Assembly: GCA_965207615.1 (NCBI GenBank)
Contig: CBDBMZ010000003.1
Coordinates: 1,257,994-1,321,993, forward strand
Source: Vicinamibacterales bacterium
Lineage (GTDB): Bacteria; Acidobacteriota; Vicinamibacteria; Vicinamibacterales; UBA8438
Direction: 5' to 3'
DNA: 64,000 nt
Shown: positions 49,803-59,331 of the stretch, piece by piece
How positions within the stretch are numbered: position 1 is the first letter of the stretch
Layout of the letters: every line of letters begins with the position of its first letter
Notes under the pieces: model-generated
Told to the model about the DNA's origin: nothing
The model's input: only the letters and a program-made list of their open reading frames with translations
Database searches by the model: none
Translations under genes and position numbers: made by a program

Positions 49803-52616
49803 GTGATGAGCACGTCCCGTTTGGCGGCGCTTGGCTTCATCGCCCTGCTGCTGACTGCTGCCCATCTCGTCGCGGCACCGGCCGCTTCCCTTGCGTACTT
49901 CGCCAGCGTCGCTCTGCATCCCCTGCTCGGCCTCGTGCTGGTGGGCGCGCTCGCCCGGGAGGTGTGGCGGCGCCCGTGGCGGGGGAACGTCCCGGCGGCG
50001 GCCGGGGTCGGCCTGCTCGGGGCGGGACTGGCCCTCGGGCTGGCGGTGGCCGCGATCGGAGTCACCCGACAGACCGCCTGGCTGCTGCAGATCCACGTCG
50101 CGGTCTCGGCCGCCGGTGCGCTGCTGTGGGGAATCCACCTGTGGCGCGCGGTCGAGTGGACACCCGGATGGACACGCGCCATGCGAATCGGCCTCGTCGC
50201 GGCCGCCGCGGCCGGCCTCGCCGCGCCCCTCCTGCGGGCGGCGCGCGACGCCGAGTGGCGCGAGGCCCACCGCATCGAGAACCCCGCGCGGCCGCCGGCG
50301 ACCATGGACGAGGAGGGGGACGGCGCGTCGAGTCCGTTCGCGCCGTCGTCGGCCACCACGAACACCGGCGGCACCATTCCCGCCGACTTCTTCCTCACGA
50401 GCGAGACCTGCGGCCGCTGCCACGCCGACATCTACGAGCAGTGGAACGCGTCGGCCCACCACTTCTCGTCGTTCAACAACCAGTGGTACCGGCGGTCCAT
50501 CGAGTACATGCAGGAGGTGGTGGGCACCCGGCCGTCGAAGTGGTGCGCCGGCTGCCACGACCACGCGGTGTTCTTCAACGGGCGCTTCGACACGCCGATC
50601 GTCGAGCAGATCGACACCCCCGAGGCGCAGGCGGGGCTCGGCTGCACGTCGTGCCACTCCATCGTGCACGTCGGCAGCACCATGGGGCAAGGCGACTTCA
50701 CCATCGAGTACCCTCCGCTGCACGACCTCGCGGCGAGCGAGCACCCCCTGCTGCGGAGCGTGCACGACCTGCTGCTGCGGCTCGCCCCCCGACCCCACCG
50801 CGACACGTTCATGAAGCCGTTCCACACCGAGCAGAGCGCCGAGTTCTGCTCGTCGTGCCACAAGGTGCACCTCGACCTGCCGGTCAACGACTACCGGTGG
50901 GTGCGGGGGTTCAACGAGTACGACAACTGGCAGGCCTCGGGGGTCTCCGGGCAGGGCGCGCGGTCGTTCTACTACCCCGAGACGCCGCAGACTTGCAGTT
51001 CGTGCCACATGCCCCTGGTGCGGTCCGACGACCCCGCCGCCCGCGACGGCTTCGTGCGGTCGCACCGCTTCCCCGGCGCGAACACCGCCCTGCCCTTCGT
51101 CAACCGCGACCAGGCGCAGCTCGAGGCGGTACAGGACTTCCTGCGGGCCGGGCAGGTGAGCATCGACGTGTTCGGCATCACGCGCGTGGCCGGCGCGCCA
51201 GCCCCCGCCGCGGCCGTCCTGCCGGGCGCCGAACCCGCCCTGTCGAGCACGTTCGCGGTCGGCGAGGAGTCGCTGCAGTTCGGCGCGGCCCGGCGGCTGC
51301 CGGGCGGGCCGGCGCCGGCCGAGGTGATCGCGCCGCTCGACCTGACGCCGGTGGCGGTGCGACGCGGCGAGTCGGTGCGCCTCGAGGTCGTGGTCCGCAC
51401 CCGCAACGTCGGCCACTTCTTTCCCGGCGGCACCGTCGACGCCTTCGACGTCTGGGTCGAGCTCGAGGCGGTGGACGACCGGGGCCGCGTGCTCCTCCAC
51501 AGCGGCGAGGCGGCCGACGGGGGCAGCGGGCCGGTCGACCCCGGCGCCCACTTCTACCGCAGCCTGCAGCTCGACGAGCACGGCAACCCCATCAACAAGC
51601 GGAACGCCTGGGCGACCCGGTCCGTCGCCTACGTGCGGCTCATCCCACCCGGCGCCGCCGACACCGTCCACTACCGGCTCGAGATTCCCGAGGACGCGGG
51701 CGACTCGATCACTCTCCGCGCGAAGGTCAACTACCGGAAGTTCGCGTGGTGGTTCACCCAGTGGGCGTTCGCGGGGGTCCGCGACCCCTCGGACCCGGCG
51801 CCGTCGGTCACGAGCGGCCACGACGACGGGCGCTGGGTGTTCACCGGCGACACGAGCGGGGTGTCGGGCGAGATCAAGGCCATTCCTGACATTCCCACCA
51901 CGGTGATGGCGGAGGCCACCGCTACCCTGACCGTCGTCGACGCGGATGCACCGCTGCCCGCGGCGCCGTCTCCGCCGCCGGGCGACGCCCGGCAGCGGGG
52001 GCGCTGGAACGACTACGGCATCGGCCTGCTGCTGCAGGGCGACCTGCGGGGGGCGGAGGCGGCGTTCCGGCGGGTGATGGCCATCGACCCCGAGTATCCG
52101 GACGGCCCGGTGAACGCGGCGCGGGCCCGGCTGCAGGAGGGCGACGTCGACACCGCGGTCCCCCTCCTCGAGCAGGCCCTCGCCCTCGAGCCCGACCTCG
52201 CCCGCGCCCACTTCTTCCTCGGCACCGCCCTGCGGGCGCTCGGCCGCTACGAGGAGGCGCTGGAGCACCTGGCGGTGGCGCGCGAGCAGTACCCGCGCGA
52301 CCGCGTGGTCCTCGGCCAGATCGGGCGCCTGCAGTTCCTCGACCGGCAGTTCGAGGCGGCCATCGACACCTACCGGGCGGTGCTCGCCATCGACCCCGAG
52401 GACGTGGCCGCCCACTACAACCTGATGCTCGCGCAACAGGGCGCGGGCAACCGGGAGGAGGCGGCGCGCGAGCTCGCCCTGTACGAACGGTTCAAGGCGG
52501 ACGAGGCGGCCCAGGCGATTACCGGGGGCTTCCGCCGCGCCTCGCCCGAGGACAACAACGAACGGCAGGCCATCCACGAGCACCGGCACCCCGACCCCCG
52601 GCCCGCCGCCCCCTGA
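49803..52616 (+). CDS. Membrane-anchored multiheme c-type cytochrome with C-terminal TPRs
   Basis: N-terminal TM helices; five CxxCH (CGRCH, CAGCH, CTSCH, CSSCH x2); SHRFPG, GHFFPGG; TPR tail. Confidence 0.88.
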   Translation: MMSTSRLAALGFIALLLTAAHLVAAPAASLAYFASVALHPLLGLVLVGALAREVWRRPWRGNVPAAAGVGLLGAGLALGLAVAAIGVTRQTAWLLQIHVAVSAAGALLWGIHLWRAVEWTPGWTRAMRIGLVAAAAAGLAAPLLRAARDAEWREAHRIENPARPPATMDEEGDGASSPFAPSSATTNTGGTIPADFFLTSETCGRCHADIYEQWNASAHHFSSFNNQWYRRSIEYMQEVVGTRPSKWCAGCHDHAVFFNGRFDTPIVEQIDTPEAQAGLGCTSCHSIVHVGSTMGQGDFTIEYPPLHDLAASEHPLLRSVHDLLLRLAPRPHRDTFMKPFHTEQSAEFCSSCHKVHLDLPVNDYRWVRGFNEYDNWQASGVSGQGARSFYYPETPQTCSSCHMPLVRSDDPAARDGFVRSHRFPGANTALPFVNRDQAQLEAVQDFLRAGQVSIDVFGITRVAGAPAPAAAVLPGAEPALSSTFAVGEESLQFGAARRLPGGPAPAEVIAPLDLTPVAVRRGESVRLEVVVRTRNVGHFFPGGTVDAFDVWVELEAVDDRGRVLLHSGEAADGGSGPVDPGAHFYRSLQLDEHGNPINKRNAWATRSVAYVRLIPPGAADTVHYRLEIPEDAGDSITLRAKVNYRKFAWWFTQWAFAGVRDPSDPAPSVTSGHDDGRWVFTGDTSGVSGEIKAIPDIPTTVMAEATATLTVVDADAPLPAAPSPPPGDARQRGRWNDYGIGLLLQGDLRGAEAAFRRVMAIDPEYPDGPVNAARARLQEGDVDTAVPLLEQALALEPDLARAHFFLGTALRALGRYEEALEHLAVAREQYPRDRVVLGQIGRLQFLDRQFEAAIDTYRAVLAIDPEDVAAHYNLMLAQQGAGNREEAARELALYERFKADEAAQAITGGFRRASPEDNNERQAIHEHRHPDPRPAAP

Positions 52617-52620
52617 CACG

Positions 52621-54291
52621 ATGAGACGCTCACTTGCGCTGACCCTCGCCGCGTCCGCCCCGGCCCTCGTGCTGACCGCGGCCACCCCGGTCGTCTTCAC
52701 CGACGTCACCGAGTCGGCCGGCATCCGCTTCACCCACGCCACCGGGGCCTTCGGCGCCAAGTACATGCCGGAGACCTTCGGCTCGGGCGCCCTCTGGCTC
52801 GATGCCGACGGCGACGGGTGGCAGGACCTGCTGCTCGTCAACGGCACCGCGTGGCCGGGGCGGGGCGAGGCGGAGACCCACGCCGCGCTGTACCGCAACG
52901 ACCGCGACGGCACGTTCACCGACATCACCCGCGGCTCGGGGCTCGACGTCCCCCTCTACGGCATGGGCGGGGCCGCCGCCGACTTCGACAACGACGGGCA
53001 CGTCGACGTCTACCTCACGGTGCTCGGGCCCAACCGGCTGCTCAAGGGGGCCGGCGACGGCACGTTCACCGACGTGACGGCGACGGCGGGGGTCGGCGAC
53101 CCGGGGTTCTCGACCGCCGCCCTCTGGTTCGACTACGACGAGGACGGCCACCTCGACCTGTTCGTGGGCAACTACGTGCACTGGACGCCGGAGACCGACC
53201 TGTTCTGCTCGCTGTCCGGCGACGCCAAGTCGTACTGCACCCCCGAGTCCTACCAGGGCCAGAGCGGCACCCTGTACCGGAACCGGGGAGACTCCACGTT
53301 CCAGGACGTCACCGACGCGGCGGGCCTGCGGGCGCCCTCGTCGAAGGCGCTCGGCGTCGTCATGCTCGACCACAACGACGACGGCTGGATGGACCTGTTC
53401 GTCGCCAACGACACCCAGCCCGACCAGCTCTTCGAGAGCCGCGGCGACGGCACGTTCGAGGACATCGGGGTCCTCGCCGGGGTGGCGTTCAGCGACGCCG
53501 GGGTGGCCCGCGCGGGGATGGGGGTGGACGCCGCCGACTACGACGGCTCGGGCCGGCCCGACCTCGTCATCGGCCACTTCTCGACCGAGATGATGGCCCT
53601 CTACCACAACGAGGGCAACGGCCTGTTCATCGACGAGGGGCCGCGCTCGGCCATTGGCCGGGCGACCCTGCTGACGCTGACCTTCGGCTGCTTCTTCTTC
53701 GACTTCGACCTCGACGGCTGGCCGGACATCTTCGCCGCCAACGGGCACGTCGCCGACGACGTCGAACGGGTGCAGGCCCGCATCACCTATGCGCAGCCGC
53801 CCCAGCTGTTCCGCAACGCCGACGGACGCTTCGAGGAGGTCGACGCCCCCGGCACCGCCCTCGCGGCGGCCCAGGTCGGGCGCGGGGCCGCCTATGCCGA
53901 CTTCGACCGGGACGGCGACCTCGACGTGCTGGTCACCGCGAACGGCGGGCCGCCCCGGCTGCTCCGCAACGACGGGGGCAACGAGAACCGCATGCTGCGC
54001 ATCCGGACCGTGGGGACCGCCTCGAACCGCGACGGCATCGGGGCCCGCATCGACGTGACGGCGGGGAGCCGCGACCAGTGGCAGCTGGTCAAGACGGGCT
54101 CGAGCTACCTGTCGCAGAGCGAGTTGCCGGTGACCTTCGGGCTCGGCGGCCGGGCGCGGGCGGACTCGGTCGTGGTGACCTGGCCCAGCGGCGAGGTGGA
54201 CCGCCTCGGCGCGGTCCCCGCGAATCGGACGATCACCGTCGAGGAGGGCGCCGGCATCGTCGACACCCAGACGATCCCGGCCTCGAGATAG
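52621..54291 (+). CDS. CRTAC1 family protein (FG-GAP repeats + ASPIC/UnbV)
   Basis: Repeated DxDxDGxxD and N.GDGTF.DVT; SNRDGIGARI, SYLSQS, FGLG..V.WPSG. Confidence 0.92.
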   Translation: MRRSLALTLAASAPALVLTAATPVVFTDVTESAGIRFTHATGAFGAKYMPETFGSGALWLDADGDGWQDLLLVNGTAWPGRGEAETHAALYRNDRDGTFTDITRGSGLDVPLYGMGGAAADFDNDGHVDVYLTVLGPNRLLKGAGDGTFTDVTATAGVGDPGFSTAALWFDYDEDGHLDLFVGNYVHWTPETDLFCSLSGDAKSYCTPESYQGQSGTLYRNRGDSTFQDVTDAAGLRAPSSKALGVVMLDHNDDGWMDLFVANDTQPDQLFESRGDGTFEDIGVLAGVAFSDAGVARAGMGVDAADYDGSGRPDLVIGHFSTEMMALYHNEGNGLFIDEGPRSAIGRATLLTLTFGCFFFDFDLDGWPDIFAANGHVADDVERVQARITYAQPPQLFRNADGRFEEVDAPGTALAAAQVGRGAAYADFDRDGDLDVLVTANGGPPRLLRNDGGNENRMLRIRTVGTASNRDGIGARIDVTAGSRDQWQLVKTGSSYLSQSELPVTFGLGGRARADSVVVTWPSGEVDRLGAVPANRTITVEEGAGIVDTQTIPASR

Positions 54292-54360
54292 GAATCGGCA
54301 GAACGCGCCGACCGCCGATCCGCTGGCGAAGCGCTCTCCTGGAGGGTTGAGGTTCAGTAG

Positions 54361-55599
54361 ATGCTGGCGCAGATGGCGCCCCACGCCCTGCGAACGCTCG
54401 CAATCGGTATCGTCGCGGTGCTTCTCGCGGCGCCGGCCGGGGCTCAACAGACCGTCGACGAGTTGCGCGGCCGGGCCGAGGCAGGCGTCGCGGCCGCGCA
54501 GTTCAACCTCGCCCGCCTCCACGTCACCGGCACCGGGGTCCCCCGCAACGACGAACGCGCCGCGCACTGGTACCGCATGGCGGCCGAGCAGGGGCACGTC
54601 GGCGCCCAGCACGGCCTCGGGGTGCGCTACGACGCCGGCCTCGGGGTCGCCGAGGACGACGCCGAGGCGGTCCGCTGGTTCCGGCAGGCCGCCGACCAGG
54701 GCCACTGGGAGGCCGAGTTCCGGCTGGGACGGATGTACGCCCGCGGCGCCGGCGTCGGCCGGGACGACACCGAGGCGGTCCGCTGGTTCCGCCGCGCCGC
54801 CGACCAGGGCCACGCGGAGGCGCAGTTCAACCTCGGGCAGATGCACTACAACGGGCGCGGGGTGCCGCAGGATCGGGCGCGGGCGGCGCACTGGGTGCGG
54901 CTGGCCGCGGCGCAGGGCAATCCCACCGCACAGGTGACCCTCGCCAGCATGTACGAGACCGGTTCGGGCCTCGACCGGGACCTCGCCCTCGCCGCCCGCT
55001 GGTACCGCCTCGCCGCGGTGCAGGGCGACGCCGCGGCGCAGGTCACCCTCGGCTATCTGTACGACCGCGGCGCCGGGGTGCCCGAGGACGACGCCGAGGC
55101 GGTTCGCTGGATCCGGCGGGCGGCCGAGCAGGACTACGCGGAGGCGCAGTTCGCCCTCGCGAACCTGTACTTCAACGGCCGCGGGGTCGTGCAGGACCTC
55201 GCGGAAGCCATCCGCCTGGTCAGGCTCGCGGCCGAGCAGGGGCACGTGCGGGCGCAGTTCAACCTGGGGATGAGCTACGATAGCGGCACGGGGGTCGGGC
55301 GGGACGCGGCCCGGGCGGCGCGATGGTTCCGCCGCGCCGCCGACCAGGGCGATCCGGCCGCGCAGCAGAACCTCGGCATCATGTACGCCAACGGCGACGG
55401 CGTGCCGCAGGATCCGGCCACCGCGTACCTGTGGCTGACCCTCGCGGCGGCGCAGGCCGCCGAGCCGGCGCGCGCCAGCCTGCTCCAGGCCCGCGCCATC
55501 GTCGCGACGCGGCTCACGCCCGGCCAGGTGGCCGCGGCCGAGCAGCGCGCCGAGCAGTGGTCACCCGTAACCGCCGCGGCTCCTCGCGAGCACCGTTGA
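54361..55599 (+). CDS. Secreted Sel1-like repeat protein (9 repeats)
   Basis: Nine 36-aa AAxQGxxxAQxxLGxxYxxGxGVxxD repeats; signal peptide. Confidence 0.93.
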   Translation: MLAQMAPHALRTLAIGIVAVLLAAPAGAQQTVDELRGRAEAGVAAAQFNLARLHVTGTGVPRNDERAAHWYRMAAEQGHVGAQHGLGVRYDAGLGVAEDDAEAVRWFRQAADQGHWEAEFRLGRMYARGAGVGRDDTEAVRWFRRAADQGHAEAQFNLGQMHYNGRGVPQDRARAAHWVRLAAAQGNPTAQVTLASMYETGSGLDRDLALAARWYRLAAVQGDAAAQVTLGYLYDRGAGVPEDDAEAVRWIRRAAEQDYAEAQFALANLYFNGRGVVQDLAEAIRLVRLAAEQGHVRAQFNLGMSYDSGTGVGRDAARAARWFRRAADQGDPAAQQNLGIMYANGDGVPQDPATAYLWLTLAAAQAAEPARASLLQARAIVATRLTPGQVAAAEQRAEQWSPVTAAAPREHR

Positions 55600-55603
55600 C
55601 ACC

Positions 55604-56869
55604 ATGGACATCAACCAAGATCGGATCTGGTATCTCAAGCTCCACTGGCAGGTGCTCGGCGCCATGCTCCTCGGCGCCCTCACCGGCCTCGTCTTCGGCG
55701 AGGGCGCCGCGAACGCCATCGGCTGGATCGGCGACCTGTTCATGCGCCTGCTGCGCATGATCATCGTCCCCCTCGTCGTCGCCTCCATCGTCTCGGGGGT
55801 CGCGTCCATCGGCGGCGGGCGGGCCATCGGCCGCCTGTTCGGCAAGACGATGGGCTATTACCTGCTGACGAGCTTCCTCGCCGCGACCACCGGCCTCATC
55901 GTCGTCAACCTGTTCCGCCCGGGGGTGGGGGCCTCCCTCGGCGACGCCGCGGCGGGCGGCGAGATGCCCGAGCTCGACATCCCCACGTCGGGGGTCGACC
56001 TGCTGCTCGACATCGTGCCGACGAACGTGCTGTCGTCGGCCGCCGCCGGCGACATGCTGCCCATCATCTTCTTCAGCATCGTCCTCGGCGCCTCGATCAC
56101 CACCCTGAAGGCGGACGGCGCCCGTGACACCCTCCTCGGCTTCTTCGGGGCGTTCTTCCAGGTGATGGTCGCCCTGACCTCCGGCATCATCAAGCTGCTC
56201 CCCATCGGGGTGTTCGCGCTCATCACGCGGATGGTCGGCACCACCGGCTTCGAGGCCTTCGGGCCGCTGATCCGGTACTTCCTGACCGTCGGGACCGGGC
56301 TCACCGTCCACCTCTTCGTCACCCTCCCCATCGTCCTCATGGTGCTCGCCCGCATCTCCCCCGCCATCCACTTCAAGAACCTGCGCAACCCGCTGCTGAT
56401 CGCCTTCTCGACCAGCTCGTCGGCCGCGACCCTGCCGGTGACGATGCGGACGGTTCAGGAGCGGGTGGGGGTCTCGAACAAGGTCTCGTCGTTCGTCCTC
56501 CCCATGGGGGCGACCGTGAACATGGACGGAACCGCGGTGTTCGAGTGCGTGGGAGCGCTCTTCATCGCCCAGGTCATCGGCTTCGACCTGTCGCTCGGCG
56601 CCCAGGTGGTGGCGGTGATGACGGCGCTGCTCGCGTCGATCGGCGCGGCCGCGGTGCCGTCGGCGGGACTGGTGGTGATCTTCATCGTCCTCGACGCCAT
56701 CGGGCTCGGCGGCAACCCGCAGGCCGAGGCCATCGTCCTCGCCATGCTCGCCATCGACCGGCCGCTCGACATGTACCGCACCGCCATCAACGTCTTCAGC
56801 GACTCGTGCGGCGCCGCGATCATCGCCCGCTCGGAGGGCGAGGACGGGGTGGATACCGAAGTGCGCTGA
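55604..56869 (+). CDS. Dicarboxylate/amino acid:cation symporter (DAACS)
   Basis: AFSTSSSAATLP, GATVNMDGT, SIGAAAVP, DMYRTAINV. Confidence 0.95.
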   Translation: MDINQDRIWYLKLHWQVLGAMLLGALTGLVFGEGAANAIGWIGDLFMRLLRMIIVPLVVASIVSGVASIGGGRAIGRLFGKTMGYYLLTSFLAATTGLIVVNLFRPGVGASLGDAAAGGEMPELDIPTSGVDLLLDIVPTNVLSSAAAGDMLPIIFFSIVLGASITTLKADGARDTLLGFFGAFFQVMVALTSGIIKLLPIGVFALITRMVGTTGFEAFGPLIRYFLTVGTGLTVHLFVTLPIVLMVLARISPAIHFKNLRNPLLIAFSTSSSAATLPVTMRTVQERVGVSNKVSSFVLPMGATVNMDGTAVFECVGALFIAQVIGFDLSLGAQVVAVMTALLASIGAAAVPSAGLVVIFIVLDAIGLGGNPQAEAIVLAMLAIDRPLDMYRTAINVFSDSCGAAIIARSEGEDGVDTEVR

Positions 56870-57153
56870 GAGACTGAGCCTCCAATAGCCTTTCTACCTG
56901 TCTGTCGGACAGGTCGTCTCGTACAGTCCTCCTGACCCGAGAGTGACGAACGGTCACGGACCTCGCGGGACAGCTGCAATGCGAAGAAGGCCAAGCCGAG
57001 CGCTCCGGCCGCCGGCGCCCATTTGCGCCGGGAGAGGTAGCGGCCGGAACGGGACCGTCGCTCCGCAGGCGTGACAACAAGAACACGTTTACTCGGAAGA
57101 AGACCAAAAAACCCTTGTCAAACTGGACGCCGTTGTGTAACGCTGGGTGTGTC

Positions 57154-57423
57154 ATGGAAGGCACGGCACGCCAGTTGGTTACGCTTGTGGGTCTGTTCGC
57201 GAAGCACACGGGGCTGAGCATCTCCACCGTGTCGCGGCATGCGACCGGAAGCGGCGACACCGTCGCCCGGTTGCAGCGCGGCGGCGCGATAACTACCCGG
57301 AGAGCTGATCGGGCTGTTTGCTTCCTGTCCGACAACTGGCCGGATGGTATTGCGTGGCCAGCGGACATTCCCCGGCCGGTGTCGTCCCGAGGCCTGCCGC
57401 GTCGCGGCCGCAGGAAGCGGTGA
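57154..57423 (+). CDS. Phage Cro-like HTH protein
   Basis: LSISTVSRHATGSG..RLQRGGAITTRRA...SDNWP..AWPADIPRP resembles Cro-like proteins of alphaproteobacterial prophages; TTGTCA -35-like hexamer at 57115. Confidence 0.65.
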   Translation: MEGTARQLVTLVGLFAKHTGLSISTVSRHATGSGDTVARLQRGGAITTRRADRAVCFLSDNWPDGIAWPADIPRPVSSRGLPRRGRRKR

Positions 57424-57434
57424 CGGGTCCGCCG

Positions 57435-58262
57435 TCAGGCGACAGCGTCGCCGTTCGGGCCGCACCAGGCCACCCGGCCCACGATCACGTCGCCCGCCCT
57501 CATGGGGCGCGATCGGTGAGAGCGGTGATCGCTGACCAGGCTCCAATGGTCCCCGATCTGCCGCAGGCGCTTGACGACCAGTTCCTCGCCGGTCCGGACG
57601 ACGAACAGCTGACCGTCCACCGCGACGCGCTGATCCTTGTCGACGACGACCAGGTCGCCGTCCTGGATGGTCGGCTCCATCGAATCGCCGGCCACCCGGA
57701 TGCACGTCAGGTGATCGCCTCGGGCCCAGGGCGGCAGCACCCTCTCGGAGACCGCGATCGACAAGTCGGCCGACTCCTCGAACTCGACCTCGCCGGTGTC
57801 CGCCTTGAACCGGACATGCTCGGCAAACGGCATCATTCGCGTCGTCGAAGACTGGCCGGCCATCTGCGGCAGCAACTCGGCCGCCATCGCCGCACGTTCG
57901 GTCAGCTCCTGCACCAGGCGCATGCCGTCGCGCAGCTTCGACGCCATGACGTCCTTCTCGATCAGCCCCACCGCGTCCACCACGCTGGCGTCCGAAGGCA
58001 GCTGAAGCGCCTTGGTGATCTCCGGCGGCAGCTGCGGAGCCTTGCCGCCCCGATCGGCGGGACCGACCGACAACCGCATGCCCATGACGGACGCGATCGA
58101 CTGAAGCGTCGTGTATCGCGACGCCCGGCCCTGCACCACGCTGCGCAACTGACCGAGGGGAATCCCGGTGCGCATGGCGAAGGGCCTGAGCCCTTCCGCC
58201 TCGATCTGCTGACGTACTGCTTCTACGAGCGTGTCGACTCCACTAGGTGTCACGGTTAACAC
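57435..58262 (-). CDS. CI/LexA-like repressor (HTH + S24 peptidase)
   Basis: N-terminal HTH (GLRPFAMRTGIPLGQLRSV); RVAGDSMEPTIQDGDLVVVD (catalytic Ser); VVKRL (catalytic Lys); IVGRVAW. Start 58253-58262. Confidence 0.88.
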   Translation of the reverse strand: MLTVTPSGVDTLVEAVRQQIEAEGLRPFAMRTGIPLGQLRSVVQGRASRYTTLQSIASVMGMRLSVGPADRGGKAPQLPPEITKALQLPSDASVVDAVGLIEKDVMASKLRDGMRLVQELTERAAMAAELLPQMAGQSSTTRMMPFAEHVRFKADTGEVEFEESADLSIAVSERVLPPWARGDHLTCIRVAGDSMEPTIQDGDLVVVDKDQRVAVDGQLFVVRTGEELVVKRLRQIGDHWSLVSDHRSHRSRPMRAGDVIVGRVAWCGPNGDAVA

Positions 58263-58654
58263 GATATACGAAATTCCGCTTCAAGGACAATCGTCATTAC
58301 GCGAGCTCCTTCGGCGTGCACATCGAGAGCAGATCTCGGGCGGCTCGCGGGGCTGGATGATGTCCGGCGGACGGTCGCGCTGCCGGAGTGAGCCTGGAGC
58401 CTCAACGGGGGTCCGCTGATCGCGGCGACGGTCCCACCCGCAGCCGCCGGCAGACACGGAGGCCCGAACTCCGGGCCGTAGCCCCCGTTAATCGCAAGCT
58501 CGCCGCCGCCCCTCCCGCGCCGATTCGGGAGCTCGACGACGCGGCCGGCGTCGAACCGCAGGTTCGGCAGCAGCACCGCCCGGACGGTGTCGTTGCCCGC
58601 CACGGCCCAACGTCGGAACGTCGGTGGCATAATCACGACAGGAGGGAGCAAGCC

Positions 58655-59281
58655 ATGACCCGTTGCCAGCTTCGCCGCCGGCCCGCGACGCGGGCATCCG
58701 GATGCGGTGCGCGCCGCCGTTGCGCGGCCGTGCTCGCCACCGCCGCCGTCGTCGTCGCGGGCACCGCCGCCGCGCAGGATGCGACCCCGGAGCCCCGGAT
58801 CCCGCCGCTCGCGACGGCCGAAGGGGCCAACATCACCCGGACGCTCGCCCATCACCCCGATCTCGCCGAGGCTTGGCTGACCTTCGCCCGCTACGTGCTC
58901 GGAAACAGCACCCTGCCGCCGCGCGAACGCGAGCTCCTCATCCTCCGCATCGGCTACCTCCGCGGGTCGGCCTACGAATGGGGCCAGCACACCCGGATCG
59001 GGCGGGAGGCGGGCCTCTCCGACGACGAGATCCTGCGCGTCATCGAGGGTCCCGAGGCCGCGGAATGGTCTCCGTTCGACCGGGTCCTGCTGCGCGCGGT
59101 CGATGAGCTCCATCACGATTCCGAGATCAGCGATGCGACGTGGAGCGATCTCGCCGCCCGTTACGACACCCGGCAACTCATGGACGTGGTGTTCACCGTC
59201 GGCCAGTACAACCTCGTGTCGATAGCGCTCCGGACGTTCCGGGTACCGCTCGACGAGGGGGTGGAGGGATTCCCGCGGTAA
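58655..59281 (+). CDS. Carboxymuconolactone decarboxylase (CMD/AhpD-like) family protein with apparent signal peptide
   Basis: RTLAHHPDL, LPPRERELLILR, YEWGQH, AVDEL, TVGQY; RBS GGAGG. Confidence 0.88.
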   Translation: MTRCQLRRRPATRASGCGARRRCAAVLATAAVVVAGTAAAQDATPEPRIPPLATAEGANITRTLAHHPDLAEAWLTFARYVLGNSTLPPRERELLILRIGYLRGSAYEWGQHTRIGREAGLSDDEILRVIEGPEAAEWSPFDRVLLRAVDELHHDSEISDATWSDLAARYDTRQLMDVVFTVGQYNLVSIALRTFRVPLDEGVEGFPR

Positions 59282-59331
59282 CGGGAGGCGCTTCCGAACG
59301 ACGCGGCGGCGGGCGCCGCTGGAGACAGGCC

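Noticed and set aside
52900-53960. Recurrent gacggcacgttc / gacttcgac motifs
   Set aside because: Coding FG-GAP repeats of the CRTAC1 protein.
54470-55450. 108-bp periodic DNA repeats resembling an array
   Set aside because: Explained by Sel1 protein repeats; not CRISPR.
56870-57110. Hairpin acctgtc-N5-gacaggt and possible att site or ncRNA before the Cro-like gene
   Set aside because: No U tract, no matching direct repeat on the other side of the Cro/CI pair, and no tRNA or integrase; insufficient support.
58290-58640. Possible decayed gene between the repressor and the CMD gene
   Set aside because: No recognisable motif in any frame.
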